A stretch of DNA of 64,000 nucleotides from a virus. Positions 51,142 to 60,194 of this stretch are shown here, piece by piece (positions within the stretch are counted from its first letter, which is position 1; each line of letters starts with the position of its first letter). The stretch lies in IMG/VR virus record IMGVR_UViG_3300029784_000281. The stretch is one strand, 5' to 3'. The notes under the pieces are model-generated. The model saw only the letters and a program-made list of their open reading frames with translations, was not told the origin of the DNA and searched no databases. Made by a program: the position numbers and the translations under genes.

Positions 51142-51375
51142 TTAAACCTTATTTGTTTTAGCAAAAACTACGCTCTCATGATCCGGCCTCAGATGGGCCA
51201 TGCAAGCCTTGCTGTACTCGCAATCCCTAGCTCCATCGCCCCGGAACAGGCATCCCCTGCATACGACCGCTTTCCCTTGGTATATTGCCTCGAAGCGCTT
51301 GACTTGCACCCTGTTTGTCCCGACTTGGATAACAAAGCCGGTAGGGGTGTTTCTCAATCTCTCTGTTATTTCCAT
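51142..51375 (-). CDS. small Cys-rich protein (possible zinc finger)
   Basis: 77 aa with CRGC...C...C. Confidence 0.4.
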   Translation of the reverse strand: MEITERLRNTPTGFVIQVGTNRVQVKRFEAIYQGKAVVCRGCLFRGDGARDCEYSKACMAHLRPDHESVVFAKTNKV

Positions 51376-51376
51376 G

Positions 51377-52165
51377 TTATCTTCTCCTGCTTTCTCCGTT
51401 TAGGATTATCACGTTAAAACTCTTGAACCTGTCCACCAGCCTAGCTCCGAAGCGATTCTTGAAATCCGTGACGGATAGGTTGGAAGTGATATGATACTTC
51501 TTCTGATGGGACTGGTATATCTCGTACCTAGCGTATAGGAACTCGTCTATTACGCTGTCAAGGCTGGTGCCGTAGCTTTTCTGGTTCTCCGTCTCAAGAC
51601 CGATATCGTTAAGGCAGATATCGAACGGGTTCCCTTCCATGCTCCCTTTCCCGGCTTCCTCGTTGTACGTGAACCTGTCTATGTGACCATGGATCTTGTA
51701 ATAGTTCATCATCTGGGTCACGGATAGGTTCACGAAGCGTTTGGGGTTATCCGTCAATTTCAGGTAATCGGCGAATATCTGCATCATGAGCGTTTTGCCC
51801 GTTCCCGGATCTCCCACGATAAGGAGGTTCTTGTGCAGCTTATAGTTCTCCTCCGGGAATACGGACTCGGCCAACGGGCAATCGTTGAAATAATACAACA
51901 GGAATCTCAAAACCTTGTCATTCCCCCTGTCTGTCTCGAATTGCCGCCTCTCGATCCCTAGGTAATTACAACCTAGCGCCTTTATCATCCGGGCGTGGCT
52001 GATGTACTCCGTATCGTCCGAGAGATCGTACCTAGAAACGTTCTGTATAGTCCTTGCGTGCTTCTTCACTAGGTTGAACACCTGTTTTTGCTGGAGCCTC
52101 TCTTTTTCCATAGGCCTCCGCATGGCTTGTATAGCCTCCGAAAGTTTCTTTTCTTGTTCCTCCAT
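51377..52165 (-). CDS. P-loop ATPase, DnaC/IstB-like helicase-loader candidate
   Basis: Walker A LLIVGDPGTGKTLMMQ. Walker B-like ICLNDIGLE. Located in the replication/recombination block. The start is probably an internal Met, to limit overlap with the upstream gene. Confidence 0.5.
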   Translation of the reverse strand: MEEQEKKLSEAIQAMRRPMEKERLQQKQVFNLVKKHARTIQNVSRYDLSDDTEYISHARMIKALGCNYLGIERRQFETDRGNDKVLRFLLYYFNDCPLAESVFPEENYKLHKNLLIVGDPGTGKTLMMQIFADYLKLTDNPKRFVNLSVTQMMNYYKIHGHIDRFTYNEEAGKGSMEGNPFDICLNDIGLETENQKSYGTSLDSVIDEFLYARYEIYQSHQKKYHITSNLSVTDFKNRFGARLVDRFKSFNVIILNGESRRR

Positions 52166-52910
52166 TTCTTTGATTATAAGCCCTTAGTCCTGTTCCCTGC
52201 CACCAATAGGTGAATCGTCTCTTCACGTCATCTATCGTTTTTAGCGTATCGCCTTCCCCGGTGGATACCATCCAAGCTAGGAAGTTATCCAGCTCGCCGG
52301 GAATGAGGTCATTGAAAGCGACGCTCAATCCCGATATCTGGCAAGCGTATCTGCGCCATTCCTCGTCCCCCAATAACTCATTCTTGAAATTCTCGAAAAG
52401 CGTCTCACGCGTATTAAGACTCTCTCTTAAAGTATTATCTTTATTATTATTTGGGTTATCGATGGGTTGGCACTGGGTTGTTCTATGGGATATCAATTGA
52501 GTTATCAAACTCTCTAAGTCGTTTATTGAAAGGTTGTTTACTGGGTTGTTTTGTGGGTTGCTTGTTGGGATATTACCATTGTATTCGTTGTATTTAACAA
52601 GAGTTATGACATTCATCCCTTGGCTTTTATCCGTAGTTATCATTCCTTTCCGTTTTAACTTGGCAAGAAATGTCTTGACTTTTTGTTCTCCCCATTTCCA
52701 TTTACCAGCGAGGAAACGGTTTGAAGCCGGATATTGTCCTCTCCCATATGTTATTTCTCTACCTCCGATACATTCAATCGTGTCGGTTGCCTCAAATCGT
52801 GCCGATTGTATTAGATCAAGCCACGCTTCGCACTCCGAGAATGTCCGGGCTGCTTCCCACATTTCATTAGAAAAAAACTTACGAGAGAGCATAATGAAAC
52901 CCTTATCCAT
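52032..52910 (-). CDS. replication-initiator or replisome-organiser-like protein (candidate)
   Basis: The N-terminal FIMLSRKFFSNEMWEAARTFSECEAWLDLIQSARF resembles the winged-helix N-domains of phage replication proteins. Immediately upstream of the DnaC-like ATPase. Confidence 0.4.
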   Translation of the reverse strand: MDKGFIMLSRKFFSNEMWEAARTFSECEAWLDLIQSARFEATDTIECIGGREITYGRGQYPASNRFLAGKWKWGEQKVKTFLAKLKRKGMITTDKSQGMNVITLVKYNEYNGNIPTSNPQNNPVNNLSINDLESLITQLISHRTTQCQPIDNPNNNKDNTLRESLNTRETLFENFKNELLGDEEWRRYACQISGLSVAFNDLIPGELDNFLAWMVSTGEGDTLKTIDDVKRRFTYWWQGTGLRAYNQRNGGTRKETFGGYTSHAEAYGKREAPAKTGVQPSEEARKDYTERF

Positions 52911-52913
52911 ATA

Positions 52914-53234
52914 TTAAAAATCAAAATCCGGAGACTCTCCGCTCTGCAAGGACTTTAGTTTCTGGTCTACAAGGTGGTTTACATCCCATATGTTTACAGG
53001 TTGTATTTGCAGGTTCTCCGCCATTTGCCTTGCTACTTCCTCGGAGACAGGATTTATAGCGTATATGGCCCCCGATGAGAGGAAGCGGGTGAAGCCGGGT
53101 TGGTTACTTGTATCCGGAACGTCTACCCGAAGCATATTGGTACCGGCCACATTCTGTTCCGTACATCTTCCCGCTATCCTTGAATGGCCGAATAACTCGA
53201 CCACGCACCATAAATCAAATTTCTCTTGTTCCAT
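52914..53234 (-). CDS. hypothetical protein
   Basis: 106-aa ORF. Confidence 0.45.
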   Translation of the reverse strand: MEQEKFDLWCVVELFGHSRIAGRCTEQNVAGTNMLRVDVPDTSNQPGFTRFLSSGAIYAINPVSEEVARQMAENLQIQPVNIWDVNHLVDQKLKSLQSGESPDFDF

Positions 53235-53238
53235 ATTA

Positions 53239-53391
53239 TTTTCTATTTTTAAAAGTGTTACAAAATCTCGTGGAGTTAGCTACCCGTCCAGCATCATGTA
53301 TGATGCACCAAACGCATAGCCCCTTGTGAGGATGTCCGTTGGCGCAATCGCCACATTTCACCTTTTCTTGCTCGTCTTTCTTCTTAGCCAT
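53239..53391 (-). CDS. small 4-Cys zinc-ribbon protein (50 aa, MAKKKDEQEKVKCGDCANGHPHKGLCVWCIIH...), not in the ORF track
   Basis: CGDC...CVWC. Its stop TAA abuts the next ATG (TAATATGG). It sits between annotated genes with no spare space. Confidence 0.3.
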
Positions 53392-53392
53392 T

Positions 53393-53809
53393 TCAATCCT
53401 TTATGCCTTTCTGATCCCTCAAATCCTTTATTCGTTTCTTGTAATCTTCGATCATCAATTGGTAATCGAATGCCGAGAGTTTAGAGATAGAGTGCTTTTT
53501 CACCTCAAGCTCGTTAATTACTTTTATGCCATACTTATTTATCAAGCCCTTGGCATAACCGATGTTGTTGCCCTCGTCGAAACGGTTGCAAGACCTGCAT
53601 TGAGCGTTGCAGTTTCTCTCGCTGTATCTGGTACCCATATGTGACCGGTTGACGAAATGTCCGCAATCTGCCTCTTTCCAATGCACGATCTTCCCACAGC
53701 TTATGCAATGGCAATAACCGTTGTTGTCAGCATCCCTTATTCTTATAAATACGGAGAATATACGGTCTAGTCTGTTCTTTAAAGAGGTTATGTTCTTTAC
53801 TTTTCCCAT
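53393..53809 (-). CDS. NinG/Rap-like zinc-finger recombination protein (candidate)
   Basis: CHCISCG...CGHF...C..C..C cysteine pattern and size match lambda NinG-family proteins. Confidence 0.5.
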   Translation of the reverse strand: MGKVKNITSLKNRLDRIFSVFIRIRDADNNGYCHCISCGKIVHWKEADCGHFVNRSHMGTRYSERNCNAQCRSCNRFDEGNNIGYAKGLINKYGIKVINELEVKKHSISKLSAFDYQLMIEDYKKRIKDLRDQKGIKD

Positions 53810-53950
53810 GGATGTTTTCTTTTTTCGTTTATTAATAAGAATCCTGCCAAGATCACTGCTATAAGTCCGAGTATTGCGGTGATAAGGTATATGGCCATTG
53901 TCAAGTGATCTAAATCTTGTATTGTTCCCATGATTATATGTTTGTTATTC

Positions 53951-54000
53951 GTGGACGGTGCCGGGATCGAACCGGCCTCTTTACGTCATGCGCACTCCGT
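53951..54000 (-). other. tRNA 3'-half-like fragment (T-arm plus acceptor 3' strand) without a convincing cloverleaf. Possible degenerate tRNA or recombination scar.
   Basis: The minus strand reads GCCGG-TTCGATC-CCGGC-ACCGTCC-A, a perfect T-stem/loop and acceptor arm. An upstream GGGCGGT could pair as the 5' acceptor but the D and anticodon arms do not fold. Confidence 0.25.
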
Positions 54001-54120
54001 AACGTTTCATCCCGGAATACTTACCGCCCGAAATCCCCGCATATCCTCACGGACGGCGGGGATAATCATTAACTAACCCAAATCTAATACCATGAAAAAC
54101 ACACTCTAATATTAATATCC

Positions 54121-54933
54121 TTAGTTCTGAATCTTTATTAAATCGGGTATCGCTCCATAAATGGGGGTACGACCATCCCATTTGTCGATAAACTGCTTAT
54201 AAAGAATTTCTTTAGTCAATCCTCTCGAGGTGATTAACGCTTGTTCCGTTTTCAATTGCTCCAACTCGTTGCGTTTCCGTTGCTCCGCTATCTGCTGGTC
54301 TAAAACCGAAATATTGGTGTTAACTTCATTTCTACTATCAATTTTCTCGCGAACCGCCTTGGAAAACTCTAATTGCGCCGAGAATGTGAGTAATTGAAGA
54401 CCTCTTTTCTCGAATTCCTTATCTACAATCTGCTCAAGGCGTTTCTCAAAAAGAAGCGAACCTCCGTCTGCCATTAAGCTATCGGTCTTATGTTTACGGC
54501 TTTCCTCCTTGATCAGGTCATAGATGCGAGGTTCTAGTATGTTATCCTCCAATGATTGCATGAAACCGTCTTTGCCTGATTCCGTATCGGCCTTGTCTAT
54601 GTGCTTGTTATCGAAAACAACGTCTATTGCCCTGTTTTTGATAACCTTGTAGGAGTAAGTGGGGCGTGCGTTAAACTCCGTATTGTCTGCGGCTTTTAAC
54701 GTGACAGGGCTTCCGAACTCGCCTCGTTGGTCGAATAGCGGGACTTGAAATAATTCCGTGCCCCATTCCCAAGTTGAAACCCTGCCTGATACGACCTTGA
54801 AATCCTCCTTCCCTTGTTTCCCGTAATTTTCCATCAATACCCCAGCGTAATTAGGTGCTACACGTTCACAAGAGGATAAAAATACCATAGCGATTATCGC
54901 TATAGTAAAAAACTTAAAACTTGTCCTTTTCAT
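54121..54933 (-). CDS. lipoprotein with an SPFH/band-7-like architecture (candidate)
   Basis: Signal peptide plus lipobox FLSSC. C-terminal coiled coil QQIAEQRKRNELEQLKTEQA typical of SPFH proteins. The fold assignment is tentative. Confidence 0.45.
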   Translation of the reverse strand: MKRTSFKFFTIAIIAMVFLSSCERVAPNYAGVLMENYGKQGKEDFKVVSGRVSTWEWGTELFQVPLFDQRGEFGSPVTLKAADNTEFNARPTYSYKVIKNRAIDVVFDNKHIDKADTESGKDGFMQSLEDNILEPRIYDLIKEESRKHKTDSLMADGGSLLFEKRLEQIVDKEFEKRGLQLLTFSAQLEFSKAVREKIDSRNEVNTNISVLDQQIAEQRKRNELEQLKTEQALITSRGLTKEILYKQFIDKWDGRTPIYGAIPDLIKIQN

Positions 54934-55089
54934 TCTTGATAAAATTAAATAGTTTGTAAATTATAAATAATGAACTAGTTAACATAATGACTATTCCTAG
55001 CCATGCGTCAACATGGTTAAAAACTCTGTTCCCTGCCGGAATAAAGGCTATGGCCAATATCAATACCCAATGTTTGTTGATAAAATTTC

Positions 55090-55743
55090 TCATATTTGTT
55101 GGTTTAGTGCCTCATTGTATAAAGGCATGATTAATCCGATACTGCTTACGTCTTCTACCATGCTGTCAAAAATGATGGCATCGTTAACGCCCTTGAAAGT
55201 AGCCGTGCATCGTTCGCATTCATATAAAGCTTTCCTCATTATGTCGAATAAGCCCATGTTAAAGGATATTTGAGGAAGCGGAACGCTGGGTTTTGCCTGA
55301 TAATTTTGTATCACTTTCTCTGCGTCTGGATATTTTAAGTTCTCATCCGCGAAATAGAAGAACGCCTTGTCATTCTTCTTATGGCACTCTATTCCGTCAT
55401 CAGAGATAAGGATGTCATCATATTTCAACATGTCCTTAAAAAATAGACTATGCAGTAATTTGCCGTCTAACGCCTGTATCATGGCTTCGTCAAGGTTTGA
55501 GCATTCGGATATCCTGTTTTTAACGATAATATGTCCGTCACTGGCGTAGGCCCAATCTCCCTTGAAATATACGCATTCCATAGCGGGACGGTTATCGTCC
55601 TTTGCGCAAGCCAAAAACATTTGTACGTTCTTGTCAAAGTTGTAAGAACCTTCTTTTCTCTTTCCCATATCATTAATATTTAATATTATATTTTCTTCTT
55701 TCGTATTGTGGGACATACCCTTTGCAAGGAGTATTCCCGTCAA
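55090..55743 (-). CDS. hypothetical protein (probable true start at MGKRKEG, about nt 55667)
   Basis: Good coding appearance. The upstream portion is an AT-rich promoter-like sequence. Confidence 0.5.
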   Translation of the reverse strand: MTGILLAKGMSHNTKEENIILNINDMGKRKEGSYNFDKNVQMFLACAKDDNRPAMECVYFKGDWAYASDGHIIVKNRISECSNLDEAMIQALDGKLLHSLFFKDMLKYDDILISDDGIECHKKNDKAFFYFADENLKYPDAEKVIQNYQAKPSVPLPQISFNMGLFDIMRKALYECERCTATFKGVNDAIIFDSMVEDVSSIGLIMPLYNEALNQQI

Positions 55744-55844
55744 GTAAGGCCGATTCCGGCCTCACAGTTTCCCCATCTTTTTTAGACGGGGCTGTCCAAT
55801 GCCTCTGCCGTTGATGACAGAGGCAATGTCTTTTAGAGCATGCC

Positions 55845-56033
55845 TCATTGAGGCATAATATCAGTTCTTCCATCTTGGATTATTTTCTCGAGTTTCTTTA
55901 GATCCTTTTTGGCCAATCTTACGGTATCGGCTATCCTTGGTCTTCCCTTGGAATCCACGTGTTCTAGGATAACCGATAGATGGCGGGACAGTGTTTTAAT
56001 GAAAGACTCGGATAGCTGGTACCTTTTAGCCAT
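55845..56033 (-). CDS. small basic protein
   Basis: 62 aa, packed against the large upstream gene. Confidence 0.35.
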   Translation of the reverse strand: MAKRYQLSESFIKTLSRHLSVILEHVDSKGRPRIADTVRLAKKDLKKLEKIIQDGRTDIMPQ

Positions 56034-56038
56034 GGCCG

Positions 56039-58132
56039 TTATTTTTTATAAAAGCCTTGAAACCTCACGATACCTAGATACTCGGGAGATTTCATTAGTC
56101 CGTCCCCCATGCCGCCCAACGTCTCGGCTCCCGGCTCGTCAAGGACAACCTTGGAGTCAATCTCCTTAGGTACACGGAAGCATATCTGTACGGGGAAATT
56201 CACCTTAGCGTCTCCCGTGATCACGTTAACCGACGCTCTTTGCGTAGCCGCCATGATCCGGAACCCAAGCGATCGTCCCTTTTGTAGCAACATCTTCAGA
56301 TTCTCCTCCAATGACTTTTCACGACCGACCGTGCGTAGTTCCATTTTAGGCTCGAGGAACCCGAAGGCGTTCTTTCGCTGGCCAACCTCGACCATTTCCT
56401 TTATGTCAAGTTCCGTTCCCGATCGGGAGGACGCTACCGCGTCGGCGAACTCATCGAACACCACCAGCGTTTTCCATGATGCCCTCGATTTAGCCCTTTC
56501 CTGCATATCCTGTACGAGTTCTTTCATCTTGGCCTCTATTTCTTCTATATCATTATAGACCTTTATGTATTTCTCGGAGGAATAATTACAGAACTCGTAT
56601 TTCGGATCGAAAATTACGATGTCCCGGATACCGGCTAAGCGGGCGTATTCTATCGTGGATATGATACACACGGATTTACCGCTACCGGTAGCTCCGCAAA
56701 TCAAGGCGTGAGGCGTGGAGTTGTTATCGAGATCCCACACCACGAGCCTTCCGAAGTTATCCGTTCCTATGGGAATCCTCATGCCGTCGATATACTTCTT
56801 GTCCCAGTACAAGGACTTGGTTCTTTTCTTCGGTGATTCTATGGAGAGGTAGGATTTTCCCTCATACACCATAAGCTCGTTACCCATCCTTATGGATGGC
56901 ACGTCCAGCGCGTTCGCTATGTCTAGCTTGTATTTCATCACTGTCGTGATCTTTGTCCCAGCGGATACCTCTAGCAGATACGTGTCTGACGAGTACCCGT
57001 TAATCTCCTTGGCCACGTTCACGATCACCCCGAATGTCCGTAGGATATGCTCTATTTTCTCGCTGTTTGTCATATTACTATTGGATAAATCATATTGAAT
57101 GAATGAGGAAGCGTTCCTCTTGAACTCGGATATTACCTTGGGGTTTACCGATCCAAGGGAAGCGTCCCGTATTTTTTTCTGTCTCTTCGATATCAATTCC
57201 TTCTTTGACTCGGGCACGTTGAAATCATCGACCTCCGCTATCAGCGTCTTGGCCCAGAAATTATAAAGCTCGGCCCTGTCCACGAAGTTGTCGCTATCGT
57301 TGATCATGTACACGTAATCCGGATCGGACACGGCCTCTATCATTCTTTTTAGCGGCTCGTACAATATGGCCTCGTAAAGCTTCCTCGTGTCGTTATCGAG
57401 ATTGATCACGAATTTCTTCAACTGGGAGGAGCCGTCCTTGTTTTTCGAGATCTTGTTCTCCACGAACCATACCTCGTCAACATTCTCCCCGAAGCGGGAC
57501 TCATAGCACTTGACGTAGGTCATTGCCTGTTTCCCGCAGATAAACGTTAGCTCCTCGTCATCGGTGAACTTGGCCCTTGACTTATGGTCTATGATGACCG
57601 TCCGACCGCTTTCCGTCCTTATCGCCAAGTCTAGCCTAGCGTGGCAGGGCAGGGGGATGTCCACCCCGTTTATCGTTACCCATTCCTCGCACCTTGATTC
57701 CACGGCGATTATCTCCTTGATACCGGAAAGATAGATATCCTTCTCCCCGTAGAAGTTATTGATAAGCCTCGTGGCGTTCTTGGTGGCCTCGATCTTGCAT
57801 TCCTCTACGGTAGGTGTCGTTTTCTGTATCTTCCAATCATTCGGGTGTACCTCCTCTATGTATGAGAACGCTACCCTCTCCATTTCCGTGATCGGTATTA
57901 TCTGCCCCTTGCGCTGTAGCTCCATGAAGAAATACTCCAAGGCCGAATGATAGGCGTTACCCGCTACCGTGCTGGAGGATGATCTGGATCTTTCCCGGTA
58001 AATCTCCCGTTTCTCGAACTCCTTCTCGTTCCGGGAGAAAGAGGCTACCTTGCTGTAACTCCAAGAGTCAATAAGGTAGTTTGATAAATGCTCCTCCAGC
58101 TCGGCGTTGGTATAGGATGAGTACTTGTTCAT
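56039..58132 (-). CDS. fusion protein with an N-terminal RecB/Cas4-like PD-(D/E)XK nuclease domain and a C-terminal FtsK/SpoIIIE-type P-loop ATPase
   Basis: N-terminal LIDSWSYSKVASF, then motif II ARLDLAI and motif III VIIDHKS (compare RecB-family hhDYKT). C-terminal Walker A LICGATGSGKSVCI and Walker B LVVFDEFADAV. Confidence 0.6.
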   Translation of the reverse strand: MNKYSSYTNAELEEHLSNYLIDSWSYSKVASFSRNEKEFEKREIYRERSRSSSSTVAGNAYHSALEYFFMELQRKGQIIPITEMERVAFSYIEEVHPNDWKIQKTTPTVEECKIEATKNATRLINNFYGEKDIYLSGIKEIIAVESRCEEWVTINGVDIPLPCHARLDLAIRTESGRTVIIDHKSRAKFTDDEELTFICGKQAMTYVKCYESRFGENVDEVWFVENKISKNKDGSSQLKKFVINLDNDTRKLYEAILYEPLKRMIEAVSDPDYVYMINDSDNFVDRAELYNFWAKTLIAEVDDFNVPESKKELISKRQKKIRDASLGSVNPKVISEFKRNASSFIQYDLSNSNMTNSEKIEHILRTFGVIVNVAKEINGYSSDTYLLEVSAGTKITTVMKYKLDIANALDVPSIRMGNELMVYEGKSYLSIESPKKRTKSLYWDKKYIDGMRIPIGTDNFGRLVVWDLDNNSTPHALICGATGSGKSVCIISTIEYARLAGIRDIVIFDPKYEFCNYSSEKYIKVYNDIEEIEAKMKELVQDMQERAKSRASWKTLVVFDEFADAVASSRSGTELDIKEMVEVGQRKNAFGFLEPKMELRTVGREKSLEENLKMLLQKGRSLGFRIMAATQRASVNVITGDAKVNFPVQICFRVPKEIDSKVVLDEPGAETLGGMGDGLMKSPEYLGIVRFQGFYKK

Positions 58133-58929
58133 GGCATGCTATCTCTTTTTGATTTTGAGGATTTCATCTTTTCTTTTTTAGATTTTACGTCTTGAGGCTT
58201 ACCGTGTGAGAAGACCTTGTTGTCCCCGATATCATCCACTTCCTCCTTGGTGAGGAATCCCATACTGATCTCGGGGCAAAACGTCCGTTGCCAGAACGCT
58301 GCCGCCCGATAAGTGAGCATGAGGTTTGGCATCGTTTGCCATTTACTTCCGGATTTGGTAAACCATCCTTCCCTTATGGCGGTCTCGATCGTTATCGGGT
58401 CAGATTCGAAGACATCCCCGGAAGATAGTTCTGTAGCATAGGCCACGCATTCTATGTTATCAATGTCCGTCCCGTCAAATTCTCTTGATACCAAAGTGTT
58501 CTTTCTTGCCACGTTGTCCCATACGGTCTCATTGAACATAATCTTGCCGATCTTGCCTAGGCTCTTTTTCTTATATCTGAGAGCGGAGAACCTGCCGCTC
58601 ATGTTGATTAATGCGATTAGAAACTTACTGGACCATGACGGAACTCCCTTTACGATGTATAGATTCTGCATTACCATTAGTGGGTTGGCGTTCATCCGCA
58701 TGGAAATATCTAGCGCTATAACGCAATTTCCTACGTTGTTTTTATAAATCTCTGGAACTATGGTACTTTCGCTATACATGATTCCCATTCTTTGCATGGT
58801 CTCAAATTGTTTGACGGTCTGCCCCAATGGGGTTGCACTGAACTCTGCTGCTTGCTTAGCTTGAAGTAATTGTAATTTCGTTAATTCTTTGTTCTCTTCC
58901 ATATTATTGTTGATTAAATTATTTACCAA
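58129..58929 (-). CDS. recT: RecT-family single-strand annealing recombinase
   Basis: The domain order and conserved blocks (GNCVIALDISMRMNANPLM...QNLYIV...KFLIALINMSGRFSAL...WQTMPNLMLTYRAAAFWQRTFCPEI) parallel E. coli RecT. 4-nt overlap with the nuclease-ATPase gene. Confidence 0.7.
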   Translation of the reverse strand: MVNNLINNNMEENKELTKLQLLQAKQAAEFSATPLGQTVKQFETMQRMGIMYSESTIVPEIYKNNVGNCVIALDISMRMNANPLMVMQNLYIVKGVPSWSSKFLIALINMSGRFSALRYKKKSLGKIGKIMFNETVWDNVARKNTLVSREFDGTDIDNIECVAYATELSSGDVFESDPITIETAIREGWFTKSGSKWQTMPNLMLTYRAAAFWQRTFCPEISMGFLTKEEVDDIGDNKVFSHGKPQDVKSKKEKMKSSKSKRDSMP

Positions 58930-59069
58930 TACAATGTTGACATTTCCCAGTCCCTCTGGATTTTGTCTTCCTCATATTCCTCGTTGTCTTCCTCCCCATC
59001 GTACTCCGGTTCGCCGTCGGGGTCTTTGATGTAGATGTCTCTCATGAGCTCCATCGATAAGCAAGGAAT

Positions 59070-59705
59070 TTATTCGATCTCGATAATCTTGAATTTTCCT
59101 TTCTTTATATATATCTTATGATTGTGGTAGTCTTTGACTATTCCATGATCGGAAACTGTGTTTATGTTCCCTGTGCAATCCTCAACATATGAGTTATCGT
59201 AAGCCTCGACCTTGGCAGAGCCGTAAGCCTCGACCTTGGCAGAGTCGTAAGCCTCGACCGTGGCAGAGTCGTAAGCCTCGACCGTGGCAGAGTCGTAAGC
59301 CTCGACCGTGGCAGAGTCGTAAGCCTCGACCGTGGCAGAGCCGTAAGCCTCGACCGTGGCAGAGTCGTAAGCCTTGACCGTGGCAGAGCCGTAAGCCTCG
59401 ACCGTGGCAGAGCCGTAAGCCTCGACCGTGGCAGAGCCGCAAGCAAATGATTTAGCATTAGAGGTGTGTTCTTTTCTTGTGTAAATACCGGCTTCGGCTA
59501 ATTCCTCTTCAGAAAAGTTATTTTCTAGGTAATTTGCGTCAATCATCTTGGATGCACTCAAGACCCAATACCAATTATTGGTTATTGCTTTCAGCAAATC
59601 TTGTTTGCTTTTTGCGTTTAACCCCATCCTGTATCCATCTTGACAAGCGTTATGTTTTTTAGCCCGTTCAAGCAGATCCTTCTTTAATTCCTCGAATGTC
59701 TTCAT
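59070..59705 (-). CDS. protein containing about 11 tandem 8-aa repeats (G/D-S-A-T/K-V-E/K-A-Y)
   Basis: The ORF spans a 24-bp tandem nucleotide array. N- and C-terminal unique regions look protein-like. Confidence 0.6.
   Translation of the reverse strand: MKTFEELKKDLLERAKKHNACQDGYRMGLNAKSKQDLLKAITNNWYWVLSASKMIDANYLENNFSEEELAEAGIYTRKEHTSNAKSFACGSATVEAYGSATVEAYGSATVKAYDSATVEAYGSATVEAYDSATVEAYDSATVEAYDSATVEAYDSAKVEAYGSAKVEAYDNSYVEDCTGNINTVSDHGIVKDYHNHKIYIKKGKFKIIEIE
59177..59445. repeat. 24-bp tandem repeat array, about 11 copies (unit roughly cgtaagcctcgaccgtggcagagt), with point-variant units
   Basis: Visible directly. Units differ at two positions (gtc/gcc and cgtggc/cttggc), giving D/G and V/K alternation in the encoded peptide. 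Confidence 0.9.
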
Positions 59706-59849
59706 TATTTCTCGTTTATAAGTTTTATAATATCTTTCCTGATTTGTATAAGCTCCTCCTTGCTAAGAGAATTTAGCTCGTCTAGGATATCGTCCTTCCT
59801 CGATCGATTCGGTCTTGATGGGGCTTGTACCACGTACAACACCCCGAAA

Positions 59850-60080
59850 TCATTTTTCTGACTCATAAGTCATTATAACTATTTGGTGTACCACAATAAA
59901 GATTGATATGATTGCTAGGATCAAGAGGTGAATATTGAGAGGTTTTTCGTACCACTCAAATATTGACACTATTGATATCAGCCCTAGTACGGTAGCGGCG
60001 ATCATCCTTAGCGAGAAAATGATAATGCTCTTTATGGCCCGGAATATCTTCCAGAACCATGCTTGGTTTCTCTTTATCAT
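59850..60080 (-). CDS. small membrane protein
   Basis: 76 aa with two hydrophobic helices. Confidence 0.35.
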   Translation of the reverse strand: MIKRNQAWFWKIFRAIKSIIIFSLRMIAATVLGLISIVSIFEWYEKPLNIHLLILAIISIFIVVHQIVIMTYESEK

Positions 60081-60194
60081 ATGTTGTTGATTTAAATTTC
60101 TTGATGTGAAAAGGCCTCATATCCTCACGGACGGAGACCTGCGTTGCACTTTCGTGAAATAATTGATTGAATAAGCACCCCTAGGGGTGAAACG

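Noticed and set aside
53951-54063. A complete third tRNA on the minus strand
   Set aside because: Only the T-arm and acceptor 3' strand are canonical. No D-arm or anticodon stem with a 7-nt loop could be folded by hand. Kept only as a tRNA-like fragment.
59177-59445. CRISPR array
   Set aside because: Units are contiguous 24-bp repeats with no spacers and lie in-frame within a CDS. This is a minisatellite, not a CRISPR array.
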